Of a stretch of DNA of 55,839 nt, positions 1 through 9,378 are shown in pieces. A model generated the notes under the pieces. The model made no database searches and was not told the origin of the DNA. It worked only from the letters and a program-made list of their open reading frames with translations. A program made the translations under genes and the position numbers. Source of the DNA: Burkholderiales bacterium (lineage in GTDB: Bacteria; Pseudomonadota; Gammaproteobacteria; Burkholderiales; SG8-41); the NCBI GenBank assembly GCA_049433545.1, contig JBMTEY010000002.1, positions 1 to 55,839 on the forward strand, given 5' to 3'. Each line of letters begins with the position of its first letter. Position 1 is the first letter of the stretch.

Positions 1-446
1 CCCTGGCGGTGGCCGGCGCCGATGGTGATGTCCTTGTCCTTCGCCTCCACATGTTCCTGCATGACGATGGTGTCGGCGCCTTGCGGCACCACGCCGCCGG
101 TCATGATGCGCACACACTGGCCGGCGCCGACAGCGCCCTTGAACGGGACGCCGGCGAAGGAACTGCCGACCAGTTTCAGCGTGACCTTGCCGTTGCTCTT
201 GAGGTCGGCGATGCGCACCGCGTAGCCGTCCATCGCCGAATTGTCATGCGAGGGCACGTCCACCGGCGAGATGACGTCGGCGGCGAGCACACGGCCCAGC
301 GCGGCGCGCACGGCGACGCGTTCGACGGTCGCGATCGGCGCCAGGAACTGCGCGATGACCTCGCGCGCCTTCGGCACCGGCATCGAATTCGGATCGTAAT
401 CGTCAGCGCAGGACAGGTCGCGCAGCGTCGGTTGCGTACTGCTCAT
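1..446 (-). CDS. moeA: Molybdopterin molybdotransferase MoeA, N-terminal part, runs off the window edge
   Basis: Missing from the ORF track. Manual minus-strand translation from ATG 446 gives MSSTQPTLRDLSCADDYDPNSM...ALGRVLAADVISPVDVPSHDNSAMDGYAVR; NSAMDGYA is the MoeA signature. Confidence 0.93.
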   Translation of the reverse strand, partial: MSSTQPTLRDLSCADDYDPNSMPVPKAREVIAQFLAPIATVERVAVRAALGRVLAADVISPVDVPSHDNSAMDGYAVRIADLKSNGKVTLKLVGSSFAGVPFKGAVGAGQCVRIMTGGVVPQGADTIVMQEHVEAKDKDITIGAGHRQ

Positions 447-508
447 GTCGTCATTCTCCAGCGGCAGATGCGGATACTGCGGATTTTATCAGGGCGATCC
501 CCGGCGGG

Positions 509-1567
509 TCAGAGGATTTCCGGGGCATTCACCCACTGCAGCTCGGCTACCGAGCGGTAACCCGCGAGGTTGTTGACCAGGCGCCGGAACTCACGGCTGT
601 CGAGCCAAGCAAGCAGGGCGCGCACGCCCGGCCGCTGCAGCACATTGTTGCGTGACGCGAGGTAGTAGTGCTCGTTGACGACGGGTTCGAAATCAAGGCC
701 ATGCTCGCGCGCTGCCGCTTCGATGCCGAACGCGACATCGGCCATGCCGCTGGCGACCGTGGCGGCAACGGCGGCATGGGTGAATTCCTCGTGGGTGTAG
801 CCGTGGATGTCGACCGGCGCCACGCCCTGCTGGGAGAGTAGGAAGTCGAGGCAGAGCCGGGTGCCGGAGCCGGGCTGGCGATTGACGAAGCGGACCTTCG
901 GTCGCGCCAGGTCTTTCAGGCGTTTCAGTTTCTTGGGGTTGCCCGCGGCCACCATCAGGCCCTGGGTGCGATCGAGCAGCCGGGTGGCGCGCCAGCCCTT
1001 CAGGCTGAGGAAGGGTATGAACTGGGCGGCCAGAGTGCGCGTACCGGGGATGGCCGGCAGGTGAAACCCTGCCAGTTCGCACTGGTTTCGCCGCAATGCA
1101 GCAAGACAATCCAGGCTTCCGTGAAACTGCAGTTCCAGCGCCGGGCTGCCATGCCGGATCAATTCGTCGCGCATTTTGGCGAGTGCGAGATCGTGGCTGG
1201 CATGCATGGTGACCTTGACGGGTTCGCTGCCCGGCGGTTCGGCGCGCGACAGGAATTCGTCCATGCGTGCCTCGCCCTGGCGCAGCGAGGCGGCCAGGGA
1301 TCCGTTGATATCCACCATGCCTTCGAGCAGTTTGCTGCCCAGGGACGCGAGCGCGGTGCCGCGGCCCTGCTGGCGCAGCACCAACGGTTCACCCAGCATT
1401 GTTGCTGCGTTTTCCAGCAATCCCCAGGCATGGCGATAGGACATGCCGGCACTTTGGGCGGCCTGCTGCAGATTGCCGTGTCGGGCCACTGCTTCCAGCA
1501 GAGCGACCATGCGCGGCTCGACTTCGAAAGCCCCCAAAGTCCAGCGGATTTGTGCCGAAATGTTCAT
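509..1567 (-). CDS. Transcriptional regulator: ModE-like winged HTH plus PBP-like oxyanion-binding domain (FdsR-like)
   Basis: N-terminal GNLQQAAQSAGMSYRHAW; C-terminal GSLDCL, FVNRQPGSGTR and EFTHAAVAATVASGMADVAFG; divergent from tupBCA. Confidence 0.85.
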   Translation of the reverse strand: MNISAQIRWTLGAFEVEPRMVALLEAVARHGNLQQAAQSAGMSYRHAWGLLENAATMLGEPLVLRQQGRGTALASLGSKLLEGMVDINGSLAASLRQGEARMDEFLSRAEPPGSEPVKVTMHASHDLALAKMRDELIRHGSPALELQFHGSLDCLAALRRNQCELAGFHLPAIPGTRTLAAQFIPFLSLKGWRATRLLDRTQGLMVAAGNPKKLKRLKDLARPKVRFVNRQPGSGTRLCLDFLLSQQGVAPVDIHGYTHEEFTHAAVAATVASGMADVAFGIEAAAREHGLDFEPVVNEHYYLASRNNVLQRPGVRALLAWLDSREFRRLVNNLAGYRSVAELQWVNAPEIL

Positions 1568-1568
1568 A

Positions 1569-1648
1569 CATGCAAATTATTACATATTAGGAATTTGCAT
1601 ATTATCAATGAATATTGGCTTCTCATTAATTATGTCCAATATTGCATG
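1569..1648. promoter_or_regulatory. Divergent promoter region with inverted-repeat operator candidates
   Basis: AT-rich; ATGCAAATT(1570-78)/AATTTGCAT(1592-1600) is a perfect IR; AATATTGG(1611-18)/CCAATATT(1636-43) is a second IR. Confidence 0.55.
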
Positions 1649-2350
1649 ACCAGTTTCTGGGACGCTTTTGGAGCGGCATGGGCATTGCTGGCCGGGTTCG
1701 ATCCTGAACTCGCCGCCATCGTCATGCTCAGCCTGCAGGTCAGCCTGAGCGCGGTTCTGATTGCCACTGCGATAGGCCTGCCACTGGGCGCGGTGATGGC
1801 CATCGAACGCTTCCCGGGCCGGCAGGCGCTGATCGTCGTGCTCAACGCGCTGATGGGCCTGCCGCCGGTGGTGGTCGGGTTGCTGGTCTACCTGTTGCTG
1901 TCGCGCGCCGGTCCGCTCGGCGACCTCGGCATCCTGTTCACGCCGCAGGCCATGATCATCGCGCAGGCGGTGCTGATCACCCCGATCATCGCGGCGCTGT
2001 CGCGCCAGACCATCGAAGACGCCTGGCGTGAATATGACGAACAATTGCGTTCGCTGGGGGCGCGGCGGCTTAACGCGGCGATGACCCTTATCTGGGATAC
2101 GCGGTTTTCGCTGCTGACCATCGTGCTCGCCGGATTCGGCAGGGCGGCGGCGGAAGTCGGCGCGGTGATGATCGTAGGCGGCAACATCGACGGCGTGACG
2201 CGGGTGATGACCACGGCCATCGCGCTGGAAACCAGCAAGGGCGACCTGCCGCTGGCACTGGGGCTGGGCATCGTGCTGATCGGATTGGTGGTGCTGCTCA
2301 ACGCGCTGGCCGCGGTGATCCGCGAAGTGGCGCAGCGGAAATACGGCTGA
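1646..2350 (+). CDS. tupB: Tungstate ABC transporter permease
   Basis: LMGLPPVVVGL, FGRAAAEVGAVMIVGGNI and TRVMTTAIALETSKG; start reset to ATG 1646 inside the longer tracked ORF. Confidence 0.9.
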   Translation: MTSFWDAFGAAWALLAGFDPELAAIVMLSLQVSLSAVLIATAIGLPLGAVMAIERFPGRQALIVVLNALMGLPPVVVGLLVYLLLSRAGPLGDLGILFTPQAMIIAQAVLITPIIAALSRQTIEDAWREYDEQLRSLGARRLNAAMTLIWDTRFSLLTIVLAGFGRAAAEVGAVMIVGGNIDGVTRVMTTAIALETSKGDLPLALGLGIVLIGLVVLLNALAAVIREVAQRKYG

Positions 2351-2353
2351 GCG

Positions 2354-3058
2354 ATGCTGCCGCTTGAACTTCATGATCTGGCATTCAGCGCAGGCGGCGC
2401 GGAGATCATCCGCGGCATTTCGGCGCGCATCGAAAGTGGCCCGCGCAGCGTGATCCTCGGTCCCAACGGTGCCGGCAAAAGCGTGCTGATGAGGCTTTGC
2501 CACGGCCTGCTGGAGCCCACCGCAGGGCGCATCGTCTGGCATGGTGCAAAAAACGGCGATGTGCGCCGCCGCCAGGCGATGGTGTTCCAGCGCCCGGTAA
2601 TGCTGCGGCGTTCGGCACTGGCCAACGTGATCTATGGCCTGAAGCTCGCGGGCAACTCGCACAGTGAGTGCGAACTGCGCGCCATGGACGTGCTGGAGGT
2701 GGTCGGTCTCGCGCAGCATGCGGCGCGCCCGGCGCGAGTGATGTCCGGCGGTGAACAGCAGCGCCTCGCACTGGCGCGGGCCTGGGCGCTGGGTCCGGAC
2801 GTGCTGTTCCTCGACGAGCCGACGGCGAACCTCGATCCGGCCTCGACGCAAGACATCGAACGCATCATCAACGCCATCCATGCCTCGGGCACCAAGATCA
2901 TCATGACCACGCACAACCTCGGCCAGGCGCGACGCCTGGGCGACGAAATCCTGTTCATCAGCAACGGCCGGCTGATGGAGCACACGCCCATAGACCGGTT
3001 TTTCAAACAGCCCGCTTCATCCGAGGCGGCGGCTTTTATCAGAGGAGAAATGCCATGA
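2354..3058 (+). CDS. tupC: Tungstate ABC transporter ATP-binding protein
   Basis: Walker A GPNGAGKS, MSGGEQQR, LFLDEPT; lies between tupB and tupA. Confidence 0.88.
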   Translation: MLPLELHDLAFSAGGAEIIRGISARIESGPRSVILGPNGAGKSVLMRLCHGLLEPTAGRIVWHGAKNGDVRRRQAMVFQRPVMLRRSALANVIYGLKLAGNSHSECELRAMDVLEVVGLAQHAARPARVMSGGEQQRLALARAWALGPDVLFLDEPTANLDPASTQDIERIINAIHASGTKIIMTTHNLGQARRLGDEILFISNGRLMEHTPIDRFFKQPASSEAAAFIRGEMP

Positions 3059-3879
3059 AACTGGTTCGGAGAGCGGTACTGGCGCTGACGCTGCTGGGTG
3101 TCCTGCATGTGCCGGCGACACGGGCGCAGGAGAAAGCGATCACGGTGGCATCGACGACGTCAACCGAAAATTCCGGCCTGTTCAAGCATATCCTGCCGAT
3201 TTTCAAGGCCAAGACCGGGATCGATGTGCGGGTGGTGGCACAGGGCACCGGCCAGGCGCTGGATACCGGCAGGCGCGGCGACGCCGACGTCGTGTTCGTG
3301 CACGACAAGGTCAAGGAACTGGCGCTGGTCAAGGAAGGTGCTTTCGTCAACCGTCATGACGTGATGTACAACGACTTTGTCGTGGTCGGCCCCAAATCCG
3401 ATCCGGCCAAGGTCGGCGGCAGCAAGGACGTGACTGGCTCGCTGAAGAAAATTGCCGCGGCCAAGGCACCGTTTGCATCACGCGGCGACAAGAGCGGCAC
3501 GCACGCGGCGGAATTGCGGCTGTGGAAGGCCGCTGGCGTGGATCCGGCATCAGGCAAGGGTTCGTGGTACCGCGAAACCGGCTCCGGCATGGGCGCGACG
3601 CTGAATACCGCTGCGGGCATGAGCGCCTACGCGCTGACTGATCGCGGCACCTGGCTGTCGTTCAAGAACAAGGCCGGCATGAAGATCTCGGTCGAAGGCG
3701 ACCAGAAGCTGTTCAACCAGTACGGGGTGATGCTGGTCAATCCGGCGAAGCATGCGCATGTGAAGAAGGATTTCGGGCAGGCCTTCATCGACTGGCTCGT
3801 TTCTGCGGAAGGCCAGAAGGCGATCGCCGGTTACAAGATCAATGGCGAACAGCTGTTTTTCCCGAACGCAAAACGATAA
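3055..3879 (+). CDS. tupA: Tungstate ABC transporter substrate-binding protein
   Basis: Signal peptide; ASTTSTENSGL (TupA TTS motif), GTGQAL, SRGDKSGTH. Confidence 0.92.
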   Translation: MKLVRRAVLALTLLGVLHVPATRAQEKAITVASTTSTENSGLFKHILPIFKAKTGIDVRVVAQGTGQALDTGRRGDADVVFVHDKVKELALVKEGAFVNRHDVMYNDFVVVGPKSDPAKVGGSKDVTGSLKKIAAAKAPFASRGDKSGTHAAELRLWKAAGVDPASGKGSWYRETGSGMGATLNTAAGMSAYALTDRGTWLSFKNKAGMKISVEGDQKLFNQYGVMLVNPAKHAHVKKDFGQAFIDWLVSAEGQKAIAGYKINGEQLFFPNAKR

Positions 3880-3930
3880 TGAGCAGGTAGTGCGGTATCC
3901 TGCTGCCGTCGCCAAACAGGAAATACTGCA

Positions 3931-4965
3931 TTGTCACTTTCAGGAGCAAGCACGCGGTTTCTGCCTTCGCTGATCGTTGCAGCATCGGCGCTGGTGGTAC
4001 TGGTCCTGGTCGTAACAGCGTTTGCCGTCGGCCGTTACCCGGTGTCGATGCCCGACCTCTTGCGCGTGCTCTGGGCCTGGGCCAGCGGCGGGGTCAGCGG
4101 TCTGGATGCCACCGTCGAAGCCGTGGTGTTGCAGATACGCGGCCCGCGCGTACTGGCGGCATTGCTGGTCGGCGCGGCGCTGGCCGCAGCGGGCGCGGCC
4201 TACCAGAGCCTGTTCCGCAATCCATTGGTATCGCCCGACATTCTCGGCGTCTCGGCCGGTGCCGCAGTCGGCGCAGTGCTGGGCATTTTTCTGTCGCTCG
4301 GCGTGGTGATGATCCAGTCGATGGCCTTTGCCGGTGGCCTGCTGGCGGTGGGCATGGTGTATTTCGTTGCAAAATCCGTGCGCGGCCACGATCCGTTGCT
4401 GGTACTGGTGCTCGCTGGCGTGGTTCTGGGTGCGTTGCTGGGCGCCTGCGTTGCGCTGATGAAATATCTTGCCGATCCCTACAACCAGCTGCCCGCGATC
4501 ACCTTTTGGCTGCTCGGCAGCCTGGCGTCCACCGACGCCCGCGACATGTGGGCTGCTGCGCCGCTGCTGCTGATCGGTCTGCTGCCGCTGTGGCTGCTCA
4601 GATGGCGCATCAATGTGCTGTCGCTGGACGACGAGGAGGCGCGGGCGCTGGGTGTGCCAACCGCGCGCATCCGCATCGCGGTGATCGTCGGCGCGACCTT
4701 GATGACCTCGGCAGCAGTGGCCATTTCCGGCGTGATCGGCTGGATCGGGCTGGTGATTCCGCATTTCGCGCGGCTGCTGACCGGTCCTGATTTCACCCGG
4801 CTGCTACCGGTGTCGGTGCTGCTGGGCGCGGGATTCCTGGTGGCGGTTGACACGCTGGCGCGCACCATTGCCAGCATCGAAGTGCCGCTGGGGGTGCTGA
4901 CCGCCTTCGTCGGCACGCCGTTGTTCCTGTGGCAACTCGCCACCGCGCGCCGGAGCTGGCAATGA
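3931..4965 (+). CDS. FecCD/BtuC-family (type II) ABC permease, MolB-like by context
   Basis: RGPRVLAALLVG, QSLFRNPLVSPDILGVSAGA, GVIGWIGLVIPH, EVPLGVLTAFVGTP. Confidence 0.88.
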   Translation: MSLSGASTRFLPSLIVAASALVVLVLVVTAFAVGRYPVSMPDLLRVLWAWASGGVSGLDATVEAVVLQIRGPRVLAALLVGAALAAAGAAYQSLFRNPLVSPDILGVSAGAAVGAVLGIFLSLGVVMIQSMAFAGGLLAVGMVYFVAKSVRGHDPLLVLVLAGVVLGALLGACVALMKYLADPYNQLPAITFWLLGSLASTDARDMWAAAPLLLIGLLPLWLLRWRINVLSLDDEEARALGVPTARIRIAVIVGATLMTSAAVAISGVIGWIGLVIPHFARLLTGPDFTRLLPVSVLLGAGFLVAVDTLARTIASIEVPLGVLTAFVGTPLFLWQLATARRSWQ

Positions 4966-5786
4966 GCGATCTCGCTGCGACATTGGCTGCGCGCGACCTG
5001 GCTTTCGGCTATCCCGGCCGGCGCATCGGCAGCGCAGTGACGCTGGAGTTGGCGGCCGGGGAAGTGCTGTGCCTGCTCGGACCCAACGGCAGCGGCAAGA
5101 CCACGCTGTTCAAGACCCTGCTCGGGCTGCTGCCGCCGCAGGGAGGCAGCGTAATGCTCAACGGCGAGGATGCGCGCACCTTGTCGCGCGATGCGGTTGC
5201 GCGCCAGGTCAGTTACGTGCCGCAGGCGCATGGCTCGTTTTTCCCGTTCTCAGTGCGCGACATCGTGCTGATGGGGCGGGTCGCGCACATGGGCCTGTTT
5301 GCGGCGCCTTCGGCGCGTGACCATGCCGCGGCGCTGGACGCAATCCGGCGCATGGGCATCTCACATCTGGCCGACGCCGCCTATACGCAGATTTCCGGTG
5401 GCGAACGTCAGCTCACGCTGATCGCGCGTGCGCTGGCGCAGGATGCGCACATGGTGGTCATGGACGAACCGACCGCCAACCTCGATTTCGGCAACCAGGT
5501 GCGCGTGCTCGAACGCATCCGTGCGCTCGCCGGTGAGGGCATCGGTGTGCTGTTGTCGACGCACGATCCGGACCATGCGTTTCTGTGCGCTGATCGCGTG
5601 GCGATGTTGTGCGAAGGTCGGCTGAAGGCATGCGGGGTACCCGGAGAAGTGATGACAGCGGAAAACCTGCAACGGATTTACGGCGTGGAAGTGGCGGTGG
5701 TGACCGTTGCGACAGGGCAGGCCGGCGCGCGTAACGTCTGCCTGCCGTTGGCTGTCTTTCCGGCCCAGTCGTCAGGGAATCTGTAA
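4962..5786 (+). CDS. FecE/BtuD-type ABC ATP-binding protein, MolC-like by context
   Basis: GPNGSGKTT, ISGGERQ, MDEPTANLDFGNQ, STHDPDHA; ATG 4962 overlaps the permease stop (ATGA). Confidence 0.88.
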   Translation: MSDLAATLAARDLAFGYPGRRIGSAVTLELAAGEVLCLLGPNGSGKTTLFKTLLGLLPPQGGSVMLNGEDARTLSRDAVARQVSYVPQAHGSFFPFSVRDIVLMGRVAHMGLFAAPSARDHAAALDAIRRMGISHLADAAYTQISGGERQLTLIARALAQDAHMVVMDEPTANLDFGNQVRVLERIRALAGEGIGVLLSTHDPDHAFLCADRVAMLCEGRLKACGVPGEVMTAENLQRIYGVEVAVVTVATGQAGARNVCLPLAVFPAQSSGNL

Positions 5787-6151
5787 TGGCTCGATATCCT
5801 GGCCTGATGCTGCGCGTGCTTGCCAGTGACCATCCGGCGATGGGACCGGGCAAGGCGCAGCTGATCGCGCTGATCGATTCCACCGGATCGATTTCGGCGG
5901 CTGCGCGGGAAATAGGTATGTCCTACCGGCGTGCCTGGCAACTGGTGGACGAGCTCAACGCCAGTTTCAGGGAGCCAGTGGTGGTGACCGCCATCGGCGG
6001 GAAACGCGGCGGCGGCGCAGTGATCACGGAGTACGGGCGCAGGCTGGTGACGCAATTCCGCGCCATGGAAGACAAGGCATCGGCGGCGATAACCGCGGAC
6101 ATCGCGCGTTTCGAAACTCATCTGCGCCGTCGCCCGGCCAGAAAACGATAG
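5786..6151 (+). CDS. modE: Short ModE-family regulator (DNA-binding domain only, no TOBE/Mop domains)
   Basis: MGPGKAQLI...TGSISAAAREIGMSYRRAW...GGKRGGGA; 121 aa; upstream of modABC. Confidence 0.85.
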   Translation: MARYPGLMLRVLASDHPAMGPGKAQLIALIDSTGSISAAAREIGMSYRRAWQLVDELNASFREPVVVTAIGGKRGGGAVITEYGRRLVTQFRAMEDKASAAITADIARFETHLRRRPARKR

Positions 6152-6182
6152 CTGCACTTTTCTGCCTGTTGTCGTATGCTCG

Positions 6183-6220
6183 CCGCATTCGTTATGTTCA
6201 ATAAAATATAACGATTGCGG
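6183..6220. promoter_or_regulatory. ModE box upstream of modA
   Basis: CCGCATTCGTTAT-N12-ATAACGATTGCGG: 13-bp arms with one mismatch; core CGTTAT...ATAACG matches the ModE operator pattern. Confidence 0.8.
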
Positions 6221-6228
6221 AAAAACCA

Positions 6229-6999
6229 ATGACGACTAATAAGTATCTGATTATAAATAACATTTTATGTTTCGCTTTGACGGCGTTCTCGGCATCGATG
6301 GCCTCGGCCGACACCACAGTGTTTGCCGCGGCCAGCCTCAGGAATGCGCTGGACGAAGTGCGCCAGGCGTGGACTGCGCAAGACAGTGGCAAGGTCGTTG
6401 TGTCCTACGCCGGCAGCTCGGCGCTGGCGCGGCAGATCGAGAAGGGCGCGCCGGCTGATATTTTCATCTCAGCCGATCTGGCGTGGATGGACTACCTGGC
6501 GCAGCGCAAACAGGTCAGCGAAGGTTCGCGCGTCAACCTGCTGCGCAATGAACTGGTGATGATCGCGCCGGCGTCCGCCAGGATATCCGTCGAACTCAGG
6601 CGCGGCCTGCAGCTGGGCCAGCTGCTGGGCCGCGACCGGATGGCAATTGCCGATCCGGACCACGTGCCCGCCGGCAAATACGGGAAGGCGGCGCTGGAGG
6701 CGCTGGGCCTGTGGCCGCAGGTGGCGGACAAACTGGCGCGCGGCGAAAACGTGCGCACCGCTCTGAATTACGTCGCACGCGGCGAAGCGCCGCTGGGCAT
6801 CGTCTATCGCACCGATTCCGCCGCGGAAGCAAAGGTGCGCGTGGTTGCGTCGTTTCCCGCAGATACGCATCCGCCTGTCGTCTATCCAGCAGCGCTGGTG
6901 GCGGGGCGTGGCAATGCGCAGGCTGCGGCATTTTTTTCCTACCTGAAATCCAATGCCGCGACCGGCATCTTCAGGAAACATGGATTTCTGACATACTGA
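6229..6999 (+). CDS. modA: Molybdate ABC transporter substrate-binding protein
   Basis: VFAAASL, YAGSSALARQIEKGAPADIFISAD, PDHVPAGKYG, GIVYRTD. Confidence 0.95.
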   Translation: MTTNKYLIINNILCFALTAFSASMASADTTVFAAASLRNALDEVRQAWTAQDSGKVVVSYAGSSALARQIEKGAPADIFISADLAWMDYLAQRKQVSEGSRVNLLRNELVMIAPASARISVELRRGLQLGQLLGRDRMAIADPDHVPAGKYGKAALEALGLWPQVADKLARGENVRTALNYVARGEAPLGIVYRTDSAAEAKVRVVASFPADTHPPVVYPAALVAGRGNAQAAAFFSYLKSNAATGIFRKHGFLTY

Positions 7000-7032
7000 A
7001 ATGCGATCCCCGATCATTGACTGCGTGAGCCA

Positions 7033-7743
7033 TTGAGCAAAGAAGAACTGGAAATCCTCGCGTTGAGCCTGAAGGTGGCGCTGTGGAGCGTTGCACTGAG
7101 CCTGCCGCTGGCGCTGTTCATCGCGCACTTGCTGGCGCGACGGCAGTTCCCCGGCAAAAGCCTGCTTGATGCGGTCGTGCATCTGCCGCTGGTGCTGCCG
7201 CCGGTGGTGATCGGTTATTTCCTGCTGATCCTGCTGGGGCGGCGCGGCCCCCTGGGCGAGCTGCTCGAACAGTGGTTTGGCATCGTCGTTGCCTTCCGCT
7301 GGACCGGGGCGGCGGTGGCCTGCGCGGTGATGGGTTTTCCGCTGATGGTGCGCGCGATGCGCCTGTCGATCGAGGCCATCGATCCGCGGCTCGAGGCTGC
7401 AGCGCAGACACTGGGCGCCGGACGCATCGGCGTGTTCCTGACGGTGACGCTGCCGCTGGCGCTGCCCGGCATACTCACCGGCGCGCTGCTGTCGTTCGCG
7501 CGCAGCCTCGGCGAATTCGGCGCGACGATCACCTTCGTCTCGAACATACCCGGCGAAACGCAGACGCTGCCGCTGGCTATTTACGCGCTGACCCAGGCGC
7601 CCGGCGGCGACGCCGCAGCCATGCGGCTGTGCGTGATTTCGGTGACGCTGTCGCTTGCGGCATTGCTGCTGTCGGAAATGATGGTGCGCCGCGCGACGCA
7701 AAGGGTGATGGGGCGGGAAGCAGGGCAGGCCGCGGGGGCATGA
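7033..7743 (+). CDS. modB: Molybdate ABC transporter permease
   Basis: LPLVLPPVVIG, FARSLGEFGATITF, NIPGETQTLPLAIY. Confidence 0.95.
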   Translation: MSKEELEILALSLKVALWSVALSLPLALFIAHLLARRQFPGKSLLDAVVHLPLVLPPVVIGYFLLILLGRRGPLGELLEQWFGIVVAFRWTGAAVACAVMGFPLMVRAMRLSIEAIDPRLEAAAQTLGAGRIGVFLTVTLPLALPGILTGALLSFARSLGEFGATITFVSNIPGETQTLPLAIYALTQAPGGDAAAMRLCVISVTLSLAALLLSEMMVRRATQRVMGREAGQAAGA

Positions 7744-8831
7744 TGCTGCGAGTCGCACTTCAACACACGCAGGGCGGATTTCATCTCGACGCCGCATTCA
7801 ACATGGACGGCGGCGTCACTGCGATTTTCGGGCGTTCGGGTTCGGGCAAGACTACGTTGGTCAACGCGATCGCCGGCCTGCTGCGCCTGCAACACGGACG
7901 TATCAGCTTCAATGATGAAGTGCTGTTCGATGCCGACTGCGGTATTTACGTGCCGCCGCAGGCGCGGCGCTTCGGTTATGTGTTCCAGGAAGGCAGATTG
8001 TTTCCGCACCTGACTGTTAAACATAACTTGTTGTTTTCAAACATATTTTTGTCCGATAAGGCAACGGCTGCTGAATTCGACCGCATCGTCGGACTGCTCG
8101 GACTGGAAAGCCTGCTGGAGCGGCGACCTGGCGCCCTGTCCGGAGGCGAGAAGCAGCGCGTCGCAATCGGCCGTGCGTTGCTGGCGCGGCCGCGGCTGTT
8201 GTTGCTCGACGAACCGCTGGCCGCGCTCGATACCCAGCGCAAGAGTGAAATCCTGCGCTACCTCGAACTGTTGCGCGACGAATTCGCGGTGCCCATGCTC
8301 TACGTCAGCCATGCCGTCGAGGAGGTGGTGCGGCTGGCGGGCAACGTCGTGCTGCTGTCGGAAGGCAAGGTCGAAGCCTGCGGTCCGACTGCCGACGTCA
8401 TGAGCGATGCCGCGCTGCGGCCGCTGACCGGGCGCTACGAGGGCGGCGCGGTGATTGATGCGCAAGTTGTGGCGCACGACCTGCAGTACGGCCTCGCCGA
8501 ACTTAAATTCGCCGGCGGCAGCCTGTATGTTGCGGATCTTGATGCGCTTCCTGGCGAGTCGGTGCGGGTGCGTATCCGTGCGCGCGACGTTGCACTGGCG
8601 CTGGATCGGCCTACGGGCACAACTTTCCGCAACATGCTGCCGTGCCGTGTCGCCGATATAGCCGACGGCGCGGGATCAATGGCGGAGGTGACGCTGGACG
8701 CCGGCGGTTCGACCATCGTCGCAAGGATTACCCGCCATTCGCGCGATGAACTGCGCCTCGAACCGGGCATGCCGGTCTACGCGCTGATCAAGGCGATTGC
8801 GCTGGACCGCCACGCCGTGGGTTATGCCTAG
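7740..8831 (+). CDS. modC: Molybdate ABC transporter ATP-binding protein with C-terminal TOBE domain
   Basis: GRSGSGKTT, VFQEGRLFPHL, LSGGEKQRVAIGRALL, C-terminal GMPVYALIK; start ATG 7740 overlaps the modB stop. Confidence 0.93.
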   Translation: MMLRVALQHTQGGFHLDAAFNMDGGVTAIFGRSGSGKTTLVNAIAGLLRLQHGRISFNDEVLFDADCGIYVPPQARRFGYVFQEGRLFPHLTVKHNLLFSNIFLSDKATAAEFDRIVGLLGLESLLERRPGALSGGEKQRVAIGRALLARPRLLLLDEPLAALDTQRKSEILRYLELLRDEFAVPMLYVSHAVEEVVRLAGNVVLLSEGKVEACGPTADVMSDAALRPLTGRYEGGAVIDAQVVAHDLQYGLAELKFAGGSLYVADLDALPGESVRVRIRARDVALALDRPTGTTFRNMLPCRVADIADGAGSMAEVTLDAGGSTIVARITRHSRDELRLEPGMPVYALIKAIALDRHAVGYA

Positions 8832-8871
8832 CGCGCTGGTAAGATGACGTCGTGAGAGGAGAGCGCAGGGT

Positions 8872-9378
8872 ATGAAGATTTTCGGCTTTGCCGGTTATTC
8901 GGGCAGTGGCAAGACCACGCTGATCGAAAAGCTGATCCCGCTGTTCGTGCGACTGGACCTGAAGGTGTCGCTCATCAAGCACGCGCACCACACGTTCGAC
9001 GTAGATCAGGTCGGCAAGGATTCGTACCGTCACCGCCATGCCGGCTGCACCGAAGTGCTGGTGACCTCATCGCGGCGCTGGGCACTGATGCATGAACTGC
9101 GCGGCGCACCCGAGCCGGGCCTGACCGAGCAGATTGAGCACTTGTCGCCCTGCGACCTGCTGCTGGTCGAGGGTTTCAAGCATGAGAGCATTCCCAAGAT
9201 CGAGATCTACCGCGCGCAGACAGGGGAATCGCTGCTGCATCCGCACGATGCCAATATCGTTGCCGTGGCCAGCGATGCTAAGGTGGAGACAAAACTTCCG
9301 CAGTTCGACCTCAATGCGCCGCAGCCGATAGCGGAATACATCCTGAAGCATGTCGGGCTGCGCGGGGGCGGGCGATGA
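8872..9378 (+). CDS. mobB: Molybdopterin-guanine dinucleotide biosynthesis protein B
   Basis: GYSGSGKTTL, IKHAHH, GKDSYRHR, LVEGFK. Confidence 0.95.
   Translation: MKIFGFAGYSGSGKTTLIEKLIPLFVRLDLKVSLIKHAHHTFDVDQVGKDSYRHRHAGCTEVLVTSSRRWALMHELRGAPEPGLTEQIEHLSPCDLLLVEGFKHESIPKIEIYRAQTGESLLHPHDANIVAVASDAKVETKLPQFDLNAPQPIAEYILKHVGLRGGGR

Noticed and set aside
447-508. Moco/Wco riboswitch before moeA
   Set aside because: The 62-bp gap is too short and no such structure is evident.
9-560. Plus-strand 183-aa ORF at the window start
   Set aside because: Shadow of the minus-strand moeA.
1061-1645. N-terminal extension of the tracked tupB ORF
   Set aside because: It overlaps the divergent regulator and the AT-rich promoter; ATG 1646 is the plausible start.
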